Origin: the human T2T-CHM13v2.0 reference genome, Homo sapiens
Assembly (NCBI RefSeq): GCF_009914755.1
Contig: NC_060945.1
Reading direction: 5' to 3' (one strand)
DNA: 64,000 nucleotides
The stretch's first letter is position 1, and each line of letters opens with the position of its first letter. Positions 14,369 through 30,099 of this stretch are shown piece by piece. Below the pieces are notes generated by a model that was not told the DNA's origin, ran no database searches, and saw nothing but the letters and a program-made list of their open reading frames with translations. The position numbers were made by a program, and so were the translations under genes.

Positions 14369-16715
14369 ACATATCATTATATAATAATAAGGGGATCAAT
14401 TCAGCATGAGAATACAACAATTGTAAATATGTATCCATCCAACACTGGAGTACCCAGATTCATAAAGCAAATATTATTAGATCAAAAAGAGAGATCAAAT
14501 GCAATACAGTAATAGTGGGGAACTTCAACATCCCACTCTCAGCATTAGGCAGATCATTTAGATAGAAAATCAACAAAGAAACACGGGATTTAAATTGGAC
14601 TTCAGACCAAATGGATTTAACAGACAATTACAGAACATTCTATACAAGTACTGAATACACATTCTTCTTGTCAGCACATGGAGCATTATCCAGGATAGGC
14701 CATATATTAAACCACAAAACAAGGCTCAACAAATTTAAAAAAAAAAAGAAATAATATCAAGTACTTCTCAGACCTCAATGAAATAAAAACTAAAAATCCA
14801 TATCAAGAAAAACTTTGGAAATTACACAAATACGAGAACATTAAACAACATGCTCCTGAATAACCACTGGGTCAATTGATAAGACGGAAACCAGAAAAAA
14901 ATTATTTTAACAAATGAAACTGAAAACACAACATACAAAAACCTGCATAATACAGCAAAAGTAGTGGTAAGTGAGACATTTATAACAATAAACACCCATA
15001 TCAGAAAATTTAAAGATTACAAACAAACACTCTAACAGCACACCTTAAGAAAAGTAAGAACAAACCAAATCCCGAATTAGTCAAAGCAAAGGAATAATAA
15101 AGATCAGAGCAGAAATAAATGTAATAAAGACTAATAAACCCCTCCAACGATACAATGAAAAATTGTTTCTTTGAAAAGAAAACAAATCGATAAACCACTA
15201 CTTAGACTAACCAAGAAAAGATGAGAGACGACCCAAATAAACAAAATCAGCAATGCACAAGGAGACAACACAACTGATACCAAAAAAATACAAAAGATTA
15301 TTGAGACCATTATGAAAAACTATATGCTTATAACCTGGAAAACCTAGAAGAAATGGATAAATTCCTGGAAACATACCCCATGACAAGATTGAATCTGGAA
15401 GAAACAGAAAACCTGAACAGACCAATAATGAGTAATGAGATTGAATCAGTAATAAAAAGTCTCCCAACAACAAGAAAAAAGCCCAGGACTGAAGGAATTC
15501 ATAGCTAAATTCTACTGAATGTGCAAAGAAAAATGAATACCAATGCTCCTGAAACTATTCCAAAAAATTGGAGAGGAGGAAATCCTCCCTAAGTCATTCT
15601 ATAATGCCAGAATCACCCTGATGTCAAACCAGACACAGGCACAACATAAAAAGAAACCTACAGCCCAGTATTCCTAAACACAGATGCAAAAGTGCTCAAC
15701 AAAATGCTAGTAAACTGAATCCAATAGCATATCAAAAAGATAATACACCATAACCAAATGGGATTTATACCAGGGCTGCAAGGGTGTTTCAACATATGCA
15801 AAGCAACAAAGGTGATGCATCGCACCAACAGAATGGAAGATAAAAAATATCTAATCATCACAATAGTTGCAGAAGAAAGGTTGTTCTAAAATTGAACATC
15901 TCTTCATGGTGAAAACCTCAATAAACTAGTCATGGAAGGAACACATCTCAAAATAATAAAGGCTGTCTACAACAAACCGGCAGCTAACATCACACTGAAT
16001 AGGGAAAAGTTGAGATCTTTCCTCTAAGAACTGGAACAAGATGAGGATGCTGCTTTCACCACTCCTGTTTGACACAGTACTGGAAGTTCTAGCCAGAGCA
16101 CTCAGGCAAGAGAAGGAGATGAAAACGTGAAAATTGGGAAAAAACAGTCAAATCATGCCTCTTTGGTGATAATATGATCTTATATATAGCACAATCTAAA
16201 GACTCCAAAAAGAAACTCTTAGATTTGATAAATATCAGTAAGTTGTAGAATACAAATTCAATTTACAAGATAGGTAGTATTTTATGCACCAATAATAATC
16301 TATTTGGGAAAGAAAGTAGGAAGGCAATTTCATTTATAGAACTACAAATAAAATACCTATGAATAAATTTAACCAAAGAGATGAAAAATCTTTACAAGAA
16401 CTATAAAACAGGGATCAAATAAATTGAAGATGACAAAAACAAAAGGAAAAGCATGAAATGCTCATGGATCAAAAGAATTAATATAATTAAAATGATTATG
16501 TTGCCCCAAATGATCTACAGATTCAATGCAATCTCTATCAAAATGCCAATGTCATTCTTCACTGAATTAGCAAAAACTATCCTAAACTTCATTTGGTACC
16601 CCAAAACTGCTTGAATAGCCAAAGCAACACCTATCAAAAGAGCAAAACTGGAGGCATCACATTATCTGACTTCAAAATATATTACAAAGCTAAAGTAGCA
16701 AAAACTGCCTGATAC
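14369..16715 (+). mobile_element. L1 ORF2 fragment (L1MA/L1PB age), truncated at both ends
   Basis: Endonuclease-through-RT homology (ggaacttcaacatcccactctcagca; aactggaacaagatgaggatgc; ggaggcatcacattatctgacttcaaa) with many stops; no 3' UTR or tail. Confidence 0.92.
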
Positions 16716-17059
16716 AAAACTTATCAGTCTACTAAAAAAGAGCTGTCTCTTCTCTTTCTTAAGGCCAGTAATTTTACTTATGCCATGTTCTCAATCACTA
16801 ATCTTTTCAGCTATAAATCATCACATTTATCTTTTAATATTCATCCTTTCTGCAAGTGAAGAACTTTCACTAATAGAAAATAAAATCCCTACTTCTAGAC
16901 TGCAGGGTTTTGAAAGAAATATAGTCTTCCCTAGAGTCTTTGGTTTTGGTTTGCATCTGAGTATTAAATATTTCCAAAAAATATCCCAACCAGATTTATT
17001 TGATGAGCATAAGACAACATATCGAGTGGCTTATTGAAGTAATCTGCACTTGCATGACT

Positions 17060-17900
17060 CAGACACTTCCAAAACCAGACCAATAATTTTCATTCAAAGC
17101 CTTATCCTCTCTCAGAGAATGTTAACACTATTACAGCAGAAATCTAGAAGCCATCTGTGACTATCTTCTTGTCCTTTACCTCCCAAAGAATGTGGATGAT
17201 AAAATCTAGTCATTTTTTAACTTCTAAATACCATTTAAAGCTGTCTGCTTCACTTCTATCTCCATCCTGCTTCCACTCATTTCTCCATAAATTCTAATCA
17301 GGTTTTTGCTTGCCACATTCAAAAAAACCTCTCATCAATTACTGTCATGTTTCTTAGTGGATGAAAATGACCTTCTTTCTCTTATTTGACCTTCCAGCAG
17401 ATTCAGTAATTCCTTCTTTAATAATCCTCTTCTTTAGAAATACTCTCCCTTATTGGATTACACGGCATAACTACCTTCCATTCATTATTTTTCTATCCCA
17501 TTTTCTGGCTCATCAATCTTAATTGAACTATTAAATATTTGAGTTTCATGAGGCTCTGTCATAGACATCCTTGTCTTCTTTTTCTCAGCGTGTGGCCGTA
17601 TTAATGCTTGAAGCTTCCATCTCTGCATTCATGTCTTCTCTGCCATCCTAGCTTAATTTTACCAACCTTCCTGTTTAAGTCCCATATTTAATGTTCTCAT
17701 ACTCTATGTAGCTTTCCTTCATTGCTCTTATCCCTGGCTTAATTCACACATAATTATGTTACTCTTTTTTCAATTTCTTTCTCTATAATTGCCCCCTTAG
17801 ACATAAGATCAAAAATAACATTTTTAATTTTAATTTACTTCTATTGTCTTACTTGTCATATGGAGGTGATTAATAGATATTTGGTCAATGAACAAATTAT
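17060..17900 (+). mobile_element. L2 fragments
   Basis: Pyrimidine-rich L2 motifs (cttatttgaccttccagcagattca; catgaggctctgtcatagacatcc); 3'-end-like aatagatatttggtcaatgaa. Confidence 0.55.
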
Positions 17901-19339
17901 GATTAGAATGACTCCATTATTACAATTTTGTGGCACCATTTTGAGAATAAATGATGACTCAAATATGTCTGAAACTATTTTCACAATTTCACCCCAATCC
18001 TGGTCTTCTCCCAGTGTTCCCTCACTCAGTGAACGTTATCAGCAACAAGGTAGAAAGGAAGTCTTTTCTTACTTTCGTTATGTCTAGAGAATGATTCAGT
18101 AGTTATTCAGCAGTATATTTTATTCCTTTTTAGACATGCCAATTTTGCGTTTCTGTTTATGAACCAAGCTTTACTATAACTGGTCTATTTTTTTCAGATT
18201 TAATAACCAATGAAAATCGTCACAACAGACTCATTTGAGATGTTTTCTGATCTTAAAAATTAAAGACATAAACTGAATAATTATAATACTACTGTATGGT
18301 TTGCTCAATAAGAATCTGTCTGCTTTAAAGCAAACAAGCAAACAAAAACCTATACTTTCCTCTTTTTCTCCATAGGGAAGCATACTGATTGCAATCTTTG
18401 AGTCTTATTTGAAAACTAAATTCAGTGAGCTTTTTCCTCCAAGGCTGAGAGAAAAGGATCATTTTCTTGTGACACTAAGAGAATTTAACTGGCACATTAA
18501 GCCTTCCACTCAATTCAGTGATTCTCCTCTTATATTTAGATTCTGTATGAGAATATGCCCTATATGCATTTATGATAGAATATCATATGATATTTTCATT
18601 TTAAAGCACCTTCCATCTGTTAAATCATTCAGCCTCTGGAAGTTTTAATGAATCAAATATCACATTAGCATCCTGAATGTGTATATTTTATACAGAAGTA
18701 AATTCATTTCTATTTGATGCTGAGAGAGATATTCTGTCAGAACATTTCTTTCCAAAGACAGTTTCTTTCTTTTTTATTCTTAAAACTTCACTATATGAAA
18801 TATAAAATTATTTAATAAGTCTTGTCATGTCATAGCGTAGTAACACAATACAGGACTGATGGCAAACAACGGATATTCTGTAGCCATTCAGAAAAAAAAA
18901 ACAACAAAAGATACAATTTAACTCCTTTTAAAATGCAGTCACTTAAGATAATGGCATTAATCAATATATTACCCCCTGACAAAATAAAATTTACTCAAAG
19001 AAAAATTATGTGACAATTTTTTAAATCAAGTTCTGACTTGATAATTTATTGTGTTATACACCATTGAAAACTTCTATAATAAAGCACACAGATTTTAATT
19101 TAAGATGTAGCACATTATTAAATACTATTTTAAGTATAATACTCGGTTTATTATTCTATGACTACATATGATTTCCTGAAATCAAATTGGTTAGATTATC
19201 ACTAATATAGTTTGAAATATAAATGACAGCTAAGCATACTAAGAACTACGTGGCCAATAAGAGTTTAAAAGCACATAGACAATAAGCCTGCCCATCTTGA
19301 ATTATTTTGATAATTTATTTTCAATAATACCATACTGAC

Positions 19340-20104
<765 letters not shown>

Positions 20105-20457
20105 CGACCATGAAGCAGTTTTTGTTTGCTGAATATATCACTTCTGTTACTTTTAGAGCCTATTTCTATACCTTGAAATAAATGTTCACTCAAGAAAATA
20201 AGACATATTATAAGGTAAGACTCTTTATCATTATAAATAAATCATAGGCAACCAGAATTATCCAAATCAGTAGCTGTACATAGGACTCTACAATAATCAA
20301 GTGTCATAAATCATTCTGAAGAGTGAAGAATAAATTTCTTGCTAGATGGTTTACATGCTGTTTTGCTGTTTATGTATTGTGTGGTGTGTCTTTATAATAT
20401 CATAGGCAATACACATATAGAATAAACACTTTCATAATTAAAAATAATAGAAATTCT

Positions 20458-20770
20458 GGCCGAGCCCGGTGGCTCACGCCTGTAATCCCAGCACTTTGGG
20501 AGGCCGAGGCCAGTGGATCACGAGGTCAAGAGATCGAGACCATCCTGGCCAACATGGTGAAATTCCGTCTCTACTAAAAAAAATACAAAAATTAGCTGGG
20601 TGTGGTGGCGCATCCCTGTAGTCCCAGCTACTTGGGAGGCTGAGGCAGGGGAATCCCTTGAACAGGGAGGCGGAGGTTGCAGTGAGCCAAGATCACGCCA
20701 CTACACTCCAGCCTGGCTACAGAGTGAGACTGTCTCAAATAATAATAATAATAATAACAACAACAACAAC
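20458..20770 (+). mobile_element. AluSc with (AAT)n(AAC)n tail
   Basis: gaggtcaagagatcgagaccatcctggccaacatgg; TSD agaaattct at 20449-20457 and 20771-20779. Confidence 0.95.
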
Positions 20771-20893
20771 AGAAATTCTAATGTTCATCTAATTAATAAG
20801 TGACCAATTTAAAAATATACATTAATGCAAAACGCATTTATGTGAAGCAAGACAAAGCCTGTAAACACATTTTTTATTAGTTAGAAGTGTGGC

Positions 20894-21248
<355 letters not shown>

Positions 21249-21939
21249 TTATTAATTAGTCTAATCTAGTAAAGCCTTCAAATACTCCTTGACATACTTC
21301 TATTATTTAAAAACACAGTTTATATATTTACTTCTTTATTAAAAATATATTAATGCCTGTGGTGACATGTATTGGGCAAATTAACTCAAAATTTAGAGAC
21401 TAATTCCTCTAACTCAATAATTTTCCCAGTAGCACAGATAATACATGATTTACCATTGTGTAATGAAAGTTCATCTCAAAACACCAACATTATCACTCTA
21501 ACGCCACTGCTGTCTAATTAGAGCACAACCTGCATTGTTATTGCTTTAACTGAAAATCAATTTCTCAATCATTGAATTACATAAAGCCCTGAGAGGGATC
21601 ATACTTATTATCTCTGTCTTCAATTTGCTAGACTTTCCTGGGCTGTCAGTACATCTAGATTTAGAGTAAATGTTAAATGCAGTAGTTAATCTTTAAACTG
21701 TAAGGAGATCTGGCTGCTGAGATACCATCAGACATAATTCCTTTTTCCTATCACCATTGTTTTAAAGTGGGGAAGGGGAGTAATTATTGGTTGGTGTAGA
21801 GCCAATTTGTCTTTATTTTGACAAAAGAAATGAAAGCAGAGTTTCTATATCACTGTCGTAATGTAAATATATGAACAAAATAGTAAAAGGTCTAATGAAT
21901 TTTCAAAATACTATGTGTAAACCTCCTTCCTTATGATGG

Positions 21940-23080
21940 ACAGCACACCAAGGCAGATACGGAATTTCCAGTTGATTTACTGTGGGCCACCTTTTGGTCC
22001 ATGTTTCACCCAACCAATGAAACTATTAGAGCATTTTCTAACTCCCTGAGATACAATGTTCAATCTAGAATCTGCTTATGGTCCCACGTCAGTTTCATCC
22101 TGATCCAAATTTATGCCCCTTCCATCATTGCCTCAAACCCTTCATATCCATTCCCATACATATTCTCCAGATATGTGTCTTCATTAATTAAAATTATCAA
22201 ATATTTCTTTTGGAGTGCAGCACTCTTCCTTCATAACTCACACTTCGTAACTTACCTTTAGGGGTCTGCTGAGATTTGAGTATACCTAAGGATCTATAGG
22301 TCATCTTTAGGAGCCTTAACTCGAGACTCAAGTTAAGTTACAGGTCTAAAAGTGGTAGGAGTGGGGCACGAAGAAAATCAGCACCATCTTGCTAGGTAAT
22401 TGCCTCAGAAGAGACCATTACAAGGCTACTTCTCCTGGCAAAGCTGACTCATCAGAATTTAGGGGCTCGATGCCCACAATTTTATCAAAATATACCCATG
22501 CGCCTCCATTGCAATTTGAATTATCCCATTCCTTCCCAATCAGAGCCTTCACTTTAGTAGTAGACATCCTTTGTGGTTGGGAATTTGTGTTGTAATTAAG
22601 CCACTTGCAGACTGAGATTCTAGGTTTGTTTTTCAGCAACTTCAGCTGCGGCTACAGGAGATAAGAAAAATTTTCACGGCAGACAGAGACATTTTCAAGT
22701 CATATATGCTGTGCTTGAACTGAAAATTTGAATTCCTGAACTCATCTTTTTCTTTTGCCACTTTATTGAGTGACATTAAGACCAGCTATCCAACCTCATT
22801 ATACTTATTAATTTGGCAAACGTATCGTATACAAACATAGAATCTGACCTCTTTTTTATATTTGATTTTGGGTATCCAATGGTTAAATTTTTTGCATTTC
22901 TAATGGCTGTTGCTACATCACACTACGGGCCATTGGTACTCTCTTTACTACTGGAAATACAGTCATTGGTGCCATTCAATCTAATCAGGTAGAGAAGCAA
23001 TTTGGAAACCCCAGAAGTAATCTAGAAAACTCATCCTTCAGATTCTGTTTCTCTAGAACCACTCTCAGTACTGAAATTTA
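21940..23080 (-). mobile_element. ERV-L internal region (leader plus decayed gag)
   Basis: Minus strand begins ...cagtactgagagtggttctagag next to the LTR; ORF 22418-22639 contains PQRMSTTKVKALIGKEWD..NG..W, resembling the HERV-L Gag motif as I recall it; further gag-like tgggaatggata and aaaaggtggcccacagt. Confidence 0.85.
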
Positions 23081-23086
23081 CATATC

Positions 23087-23544
23087 TATATTAGTCAGTA
23101 AGGATTCTCCAGAAAAATAAAACCAAAAGCTGGGTGTGTGTGCGTGTGTGTGTGCGTGTGCATGTGCACATGTGTGTGCAGAGAGAGAGAGACAGACAGA
23201 TGTTAAAGTATTGGCTTTCATATGTGTGCAGGCTTGACAAGTGTAAAATTTGCAGGGTAGACTGTCAGACTGGAGACTCAGAAAAGAGTTATGTTTTGAG
23301 TCCCAAAGAAGTTGCTTGGCAGAATTTCTCCTTGCTTAAAAAGGTCAGATTTTTCTATTAAGACCTTCAACTGATTGGATGAGGCCCACTCACATTGTGG
23401 AGGATAATCTGTACTCAAAATCTAATGATTTAAACATTGATCACATTTTAAAATATCTGCGTGAAAACATCTAGAATAATGTTTGACAAAACACCTGTGT
23501 ATACCATGACCTAGGCATGTTGATGCATAAAATTAAGCATAACA
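23087..23544 (-). mobile_element. MLT2 (C/D-like) LTR, 5' LTR of the ERV-L
   Basis: tatattagtcag...ttctccagaaaaataaaacc; internal (TG)n(AG)n; ccttcaactgattggatgaggcccac; ends cataaaattaagcataaca. Confidence 0.9.
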
Positions 23545-24084
23545 TCAGCTTGTAGTGCTTTGTTGATCCTTTCTCATATCATCATGATCGTCTTATCCAT
23601 GAACTTATTTCTTTCTGTCAAAAAATTAATTCAGCTTTCTCAATCTCTTGGGAATTTTCTTTCTTTGCTTCAAGAACATCTCATTTGGGTTAATGTTCCT
23701 AAATAAATTAATTTCCAAACTTATAAAATATATAATCTACTTTCACAGCGTCTAATTTCTCATGACATGGTCATTTCTCTTTCAGTTGCAGTTTAGCTTT
23801 TATCCCAAATCAGTGCCGACATTGTTTTCCCAGGTATAGAATGTGATCTATGCGACAAAAGAAAGACCATTTTTGGTATTTATTTGCATTTATTCTCTCT
23901 ACAGAACTGCCATTGTTAGTGTTTTCCTGTTTTTCACATTTCATTTTATTTTTAACTTTTATAGCCACCTAGTAGGCTTATATGTTTATGGGGTTCATGA
24001 GATATTTTGACACAAACATAAAATTTTGTTTGTTTTTAAATCTGTTCTCTTCCTTGGCACCGTATTATTTTCCTCTCCTTTCCC

Positions 24085-24460
24085 TGTGTTATTCAGGATA
24101 AGCTAGCTATTATATAGTAATAAGCAAACCTAGAAATATACACAATGACTTTTCTTTCAGAAACATGTTAATGCTAGTTGGGCAGCTCTCTATAGCAGTT
24201 CTCCATTGTGGAAAAACTCAGAGATCCATGTTACTTTCATGTTAGGCTCTGTCATTTTAACAAATGACCTCAATAGTCATCACCAAAGAGAAAGTAAAAA
24301 ATGGAGGAGGTGCACTGATCTGTATTGGAGAGTCATGTGACACTTCTGCTTGTAATCTGTTGGTTAGAAATGGTCACTTCAAGGGTTTTGCAAGGGAGTT
24401 TGAGAAGGATAAGCCACGGTATAAGAATATTCTGGTAACTAAATAGTCCCTTTGCTTCAT
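24085..24460 (-). mobile_element. Old MLT1 (J/K-like) LTR fragment
   Basis: tgtgttattcaggataagctagctat...actcagagatccatg...cacttctgcttgtaatctgttggttagaaatggtcac. Confidence 0.55.
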
Positions 24461-26102
24461 CCTTCAAAATAAAACCTGCTCAGTTATGCCCCAAAATATA
24501 TATAAATAGGAGTTCCATTTAGTCATTAGCATCACTTGCAAATTCAGAATTTTTGAGAATTCAGTTGCTTCAGCTCCTTCGTCAAGTCTAACTATAGCTC
24601 CTCTTTTTCTGGAAAGCTATGCCCTAAACAACTCTCTCATACCCAATTTTTAATGATGAAAGAGGGATCAGGTTATCATAATAAGCACCACTAATTAAAG
24701 AAAATAAAGTGAAGAATGAGAAATACAATCTTCTCTTGTCTGTAGTATTTCAAAAATCCTATTGAATAAACATTGTGAAGCCTTTTATCATAGAGGTGAG
24801 GAAATTTCCTTGAGCATCAGAGTCTCCTCCAATGGGACAACTCTCTTACCTGAATCTCTGGGGCCATTAGTTTGTTCTCCAGGAAGCTTTCCTCATTTCA
24901 TTATTTTTGGCTACTTCTGAAGTGATCATTGGGAAATAAGCCCCTCTTTACCTTTAAGTATTGCAGTATAATAAAATATTATAAGAATTAGTGTATCCAA
25001 AAAACTCCACAATTTATCATTACTATTTAAAAGAAATAAAAATTTACATTCCAATCTTAACGTTTTGGCCAAGTCATTTTGATTAGCTGACTATTATAGT
25101 GCATGTGTTTCTCAAAGACTTTTGAAACTCCAAATATTAATGCTTGGAGAATAGAATCAATTGGTTTTTCCAACATACAAAAGATTCTAATTCCTGAGCT
25201 GTGTCAATTTCCTTTCACTGCTCTTTGCAAATAAGCACCGTGATGCATAAATACATGTCTTTCTGATAACATTTTGCCAAACAAAGTTAAAATTATACAG
25301 AAATATACACCAATATCTTATTTTACATCCTCCTCCCCCAGAGCTGCAACTCATTAGATCACCTTTTTAATTGTCTTAGGTGATAGATTATAAATAATTA
25401 TCTACTGCATAAAGTGGTTGTTCACCTGTACAGCTTTTGGTATCAGTTTTCTCCCCATCCTCTGTCTGTCTACATAGCCAACACCAGATATTTTAGGTTC
25501 TGTTATACTCGCATAACATTTCCCCTACTGATATTCAGAGAAGATAATTTGGAGAATGCTCAACAATTATTTGCTTCAAGCTGTAAGTGAGTTACACATT
25601 CCCATTTTTGAGAACTACTACCTAACTGAGGAAACTTGAGAGTTTATTCATTCTACATGAGAAGAAAGAAAATCCAGTGCAGAAAACAACATTATCTTTA
25701 CTGACTCTACAATTTTATTTTTTATCTAATTTCCCTTAGATAATCTCTATGCTGAATATTTTTCAAAAATATTATATTGACAATTTTGTACTATATCTTG
25801 TCTCTTCATATACTTTCCTTTCAAGTGAAGGTAACATTTACTATACACATAGTATAGACATATGTCATTTACTTTACATCCATTGTAAATGATCATAATC
25901 ATGGATATTATAACTCTCCTACCACAGATCTTTACCTAATTATATAAAATAGAAACTCTATTATATTAATAAAGAAGGGAGACAATTTGTTCAAACTCAC
26001 AAAAACTGTGTATGCTAAGGGCAGAATTAAAAGCCAGCTTTGTCTGATTCATACATAAATGCTCTGTGCATTACATGATGCTGCTTTAAATATGCCCATT
26101 TC

Positions 26103-26448
<346 letters not shown>

Positions 26449-27529
26449 TCAATCTACACAATGAGCTCATATTTTTCTCCAAACTTTATAACCACAATCC
26501 TAAACTGGCTCATCAGCCTGCCATAATTCTAAGTCACTTGATGATCTCAACCTCAGCATGTTTCCAACCCAAGTATACTGCTTTCACTTTTTTTCAAAGA
26601 ACGTCTCCTTTACTCTGCCTTTAATCACACAAGCCCAGAGCCCTAGACATTTTGGTGGCCCCTGGAAAAAGGAAGGTGGATTATTACAATCAGAATTACA
26701 ACAAAACTCATCCAGGATGAAATGTGAAAATAAATTCTGACATGCAATTGCATCAAGGGTCAAGCATATGTGCTGGAGATACCAGCCACAGCAAGCAGGT
26801 TATACAGTAAGTGATAGAAAGCAGAGCCTTGAAAGTCTGTGTTCTGCCCTGGAGTTTAGCAGCTGCAGAAGCTACAGAAGGATATTTGGCCTGAGTTTTA
26901 AGAGAAGAAGAGTCTACTGAGCTGGCCCAGGTGCTGATTCCTTTATTTCAGTTAAAGGCACTAACAAATTCTTTTTGTTACTCAGGATTATATTCTTAGA
27001 ATTGATTCAGATCCTTAAATCTCTCTTGTTTTCCAGAACCAATCATGCAGTTCACATGCAATTCTACTTCTGTTAGGATTTTGTTATCTCTCTTATATTC
27101 GGCGTTACTTTTTCACCCTGGCTCAGATATGTCATTATGTTTACTTGACTTATTGCAATAACCTTTTCGTTGATCTTTAGTTTATTTGTTCAATAATTGT
27201 TAATTTTCTGTTTTACAGCCTTCCCTGCTCCCAATTTTTTTCCCTCGGTAGCAAACACATCTTATAAACTTTAAGCTGGAATCCAAGGAACTTTATGCTT
27301 ATGCTTATAAATAAAGCAGGTACTTGTACCCCAATCCTTTTTAATGAAAGATAAAGATGGGGCATCATGAGTTCCCAGGAAAATTACCCTTTAAATGTGT
27401 GCACACACAGATACAAACATACAAAACAAATCGTTATTTTCTTCTTCATTGGAAGTGGTTAATTGTGTTTGTATATAGCACTTGGGGGTAGTTTAAATAA
27501 GCTCTGTCTCTCAGAAGAATTTGCTGACA

Positions 27530-27716
27530 AAAAGAGGATGACAGAACAAAAATGGGAAAAACTCCTACATGTTTGATAATGATGAACGACTGAATCAACT
27601 CTGGAAACTTTTGCCTTCCTAATCTTCTAAAAGTATACATAATTAATTTTCTTATTTGTGAAGCCACCAGTGGCTAGGTGTTCTGTTTCTTGTATCAGAA
27701 AGTGCTATAATCAATG
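27530..27716 (+). mobile_element. Old MLT1 (J/K-like) LTR 3' fragment
   Basis: ctgaatcaactctggaaac...gtgaagccaccagtggctaggtgttctgtttcttgtatcagaaag. Confidence 0.55.
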
Positions 27717-28380
27717 AATCCATGAGTCTTCTGAATTTATTTTACCTTTCACAGTCAGGCTGGTCAGTGGTGCTCAGACTTAACACACACATTTTCACTT
27801 TTCCTACTCCTGCGATGACAGGCCATTCCACATATGACTTAGCCAAAATCATTTCCATGCTCCAAGATTCACTTTAAACAAAGTACATTATTAGCAAGCT
27901 TCTCTTTATTGCCCTATCCTGATGTGTCTTTTTTTTCTATTTTACATATGCTATTTTCAAGGCACATTTGATTATATATTTCATAATACAGTAATTGCCA
28001 AAGTGTGTTTAACATATGATTTCCTCAGGATCCCTTCCCTTTCTGAATTCCAAATGGAAGAACAGAAAGTGCAATGCAAAGAATGATGATCCATATTTTA
28101 TTTTTGGCAAGCTTGTAGAAGCACTATTGTAAATGTAAAAGGAAAAAGAACTGTAACCTAGAAACTTCTTCAGTATATGAGACACCATTCAGGACTGCTG
28201 CTGTTTGAGTGTTTTCTTCTTTAAGGTACTAATTTTTTCTCCTCCTGGAGTACGTTGTAGCTTAGAAATTTCATCCCCAGAAGCACGAGTTTCACCATTC
28301 ATTGCTGTTCTGAAGGACCATGCCCTCCTTTGATTAAAATCCCACACATTCAGAATTTTGAATTCCTGAGACATCTGTCA

Positions 28381-28792
28381 GTGTGGGCAGAATGCAGTTT
28401 GAAGTTTTCACAGACATGAGTTTGCAATGTTACTATCCTTCTTAGGAGTGTATGATTTTAAGAGATTTATTTAGTCTTTCTACTCTCAGATTGCTGATTT
28501 TAAAAAATGGGCATAACATCAACTTTTCTGCTGGTTTCTTATAAGGATTAAATCCCAATTCTGCCTTTACAAGCTGTGCAATTTTAAGAAAATCCAACTA
28601 AAATTTCTACCTTATAAAATGTGGATAATAGTACTTACCCAATACCACTTGTCCCTGATTAAATGGTTTAACACAGGTAAAAGACTTAGAGTAATGTTTG
28701 ACACATAGGCAACACTGTCTATAATTTTGCTATTAACAATAGTATATTGCCTGACACTTAATATGTCCTTGATAAATTGTAACTATTATTAT
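28381..28792 (+). mobile_element. Two MIRs, apparently nested
   Basis: Two successive MIR cores (taaaaaatgggcataac; tataaaatgtggataatagtac) and two 3' ends (tgacacatagg; cctgacacttaatatg...aactattattat). Confidence 0.6.
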
Positions 28793-28958
28793 GAATTCAA
28801 TTATGTCTTTATTATTTATCTTTTTAACATGTTTATTTGTTTACTTACCTAGAAAACATTTCTTTTTTTCACCATAAATACCTTGAATTTAGAAGCTATC
28901 ATACAAACTGTTGTGTCATGTAGACCCCAGAACTATGCCCATAGAAAGATCTCAGTAG

Positions 28959-29269
<311 letters not shown>

Positions 29270-29600
29270 TCAGTAGTTATTTTAAAATTAATTTTATTTC
29301 TCAAGCAGTATCTAAGACAAAGTGAAATATAATTCTAAGAATAAATCTTTAAGATTTATGGTTTCTCATATTAAGATAAATGAAAGCCATCATTGAAGTG
29401 TTTACAAACATAACAACAAAATTGACTCAATATAATTTTCCATTGATAAATGATTGGCCAAATAAATCATGGTACATTTACCAAAAAAACACAAAACAGT
29501 TATTAAGTGGAAAAGTGCTTTAAAATACAGGTTTTATCATAAGTTAAGTACAGCAAGGCCAACAGATCAGAAGATGATTGTTATTGAAAAGATAGCTTGT

Positions 29601-29927
29601 GGCCAGGCGCAGTGGCTCACATTTGTAACCCCAGCACTTTGGGAGGCCGGGGCGGGAAAATGACGAGGTCAGGAGTTCAAGACCAGCCTGGCCAATATGG
29701 TGAAACCCCATCTCTAATAAAAACACAAAAAATTAACTGGGCATAGTGGCAGGCGCCTGTAATCCCAGCTACTCGGGAGGCTGAGGCAGGAGAATCCCTT
29801 GAACCCAGGAGGCGGATGTTGTTGCAGTGAGCCAAGATCTTACCACTGCACTCCAGCCCTGGTGACAGAGCGAGACTCTGTCTCAAAACAAATAAATAAA
29901 TAAATAAATAAGAAAAAGAAAAGAAAA
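29601..29927 (+). mobile_element. AluSg-like, inserted in the MER74 LTR
   Basis: acgaggtcaggagttcaagaccagcctggccaatatgg; tail (AAAT)n(AAAAG)n; TSD gaaaagatagc at 29586-29596 and 29928-29938. Confidence 0.95.
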
Positions 29928-30099
29928 GAAAAGATAGCATGCTATACTCACAGATTTTCAAGAGGAGGGGCATGTCGTGACACTGCGGATCACAGGGAAA
30001 AGCATCAGAGTCAGTCAGAGGCAGGGGAAGTGAGGGAAAAACATGGTTGAGAGTTTTCATTAACCAAAACATCAAAGCTGTTTTTGAATGGCTATCACA

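Noticed and set aside
18180-18420. Polypyrimidine-AG acceptor-like sites (ttttttcag ~18197, ttctccatag ~18375)
   Set aside because: No convincing paired donor or reading frame. A lncRNA exon cannot be excluded or supported without transcript data.
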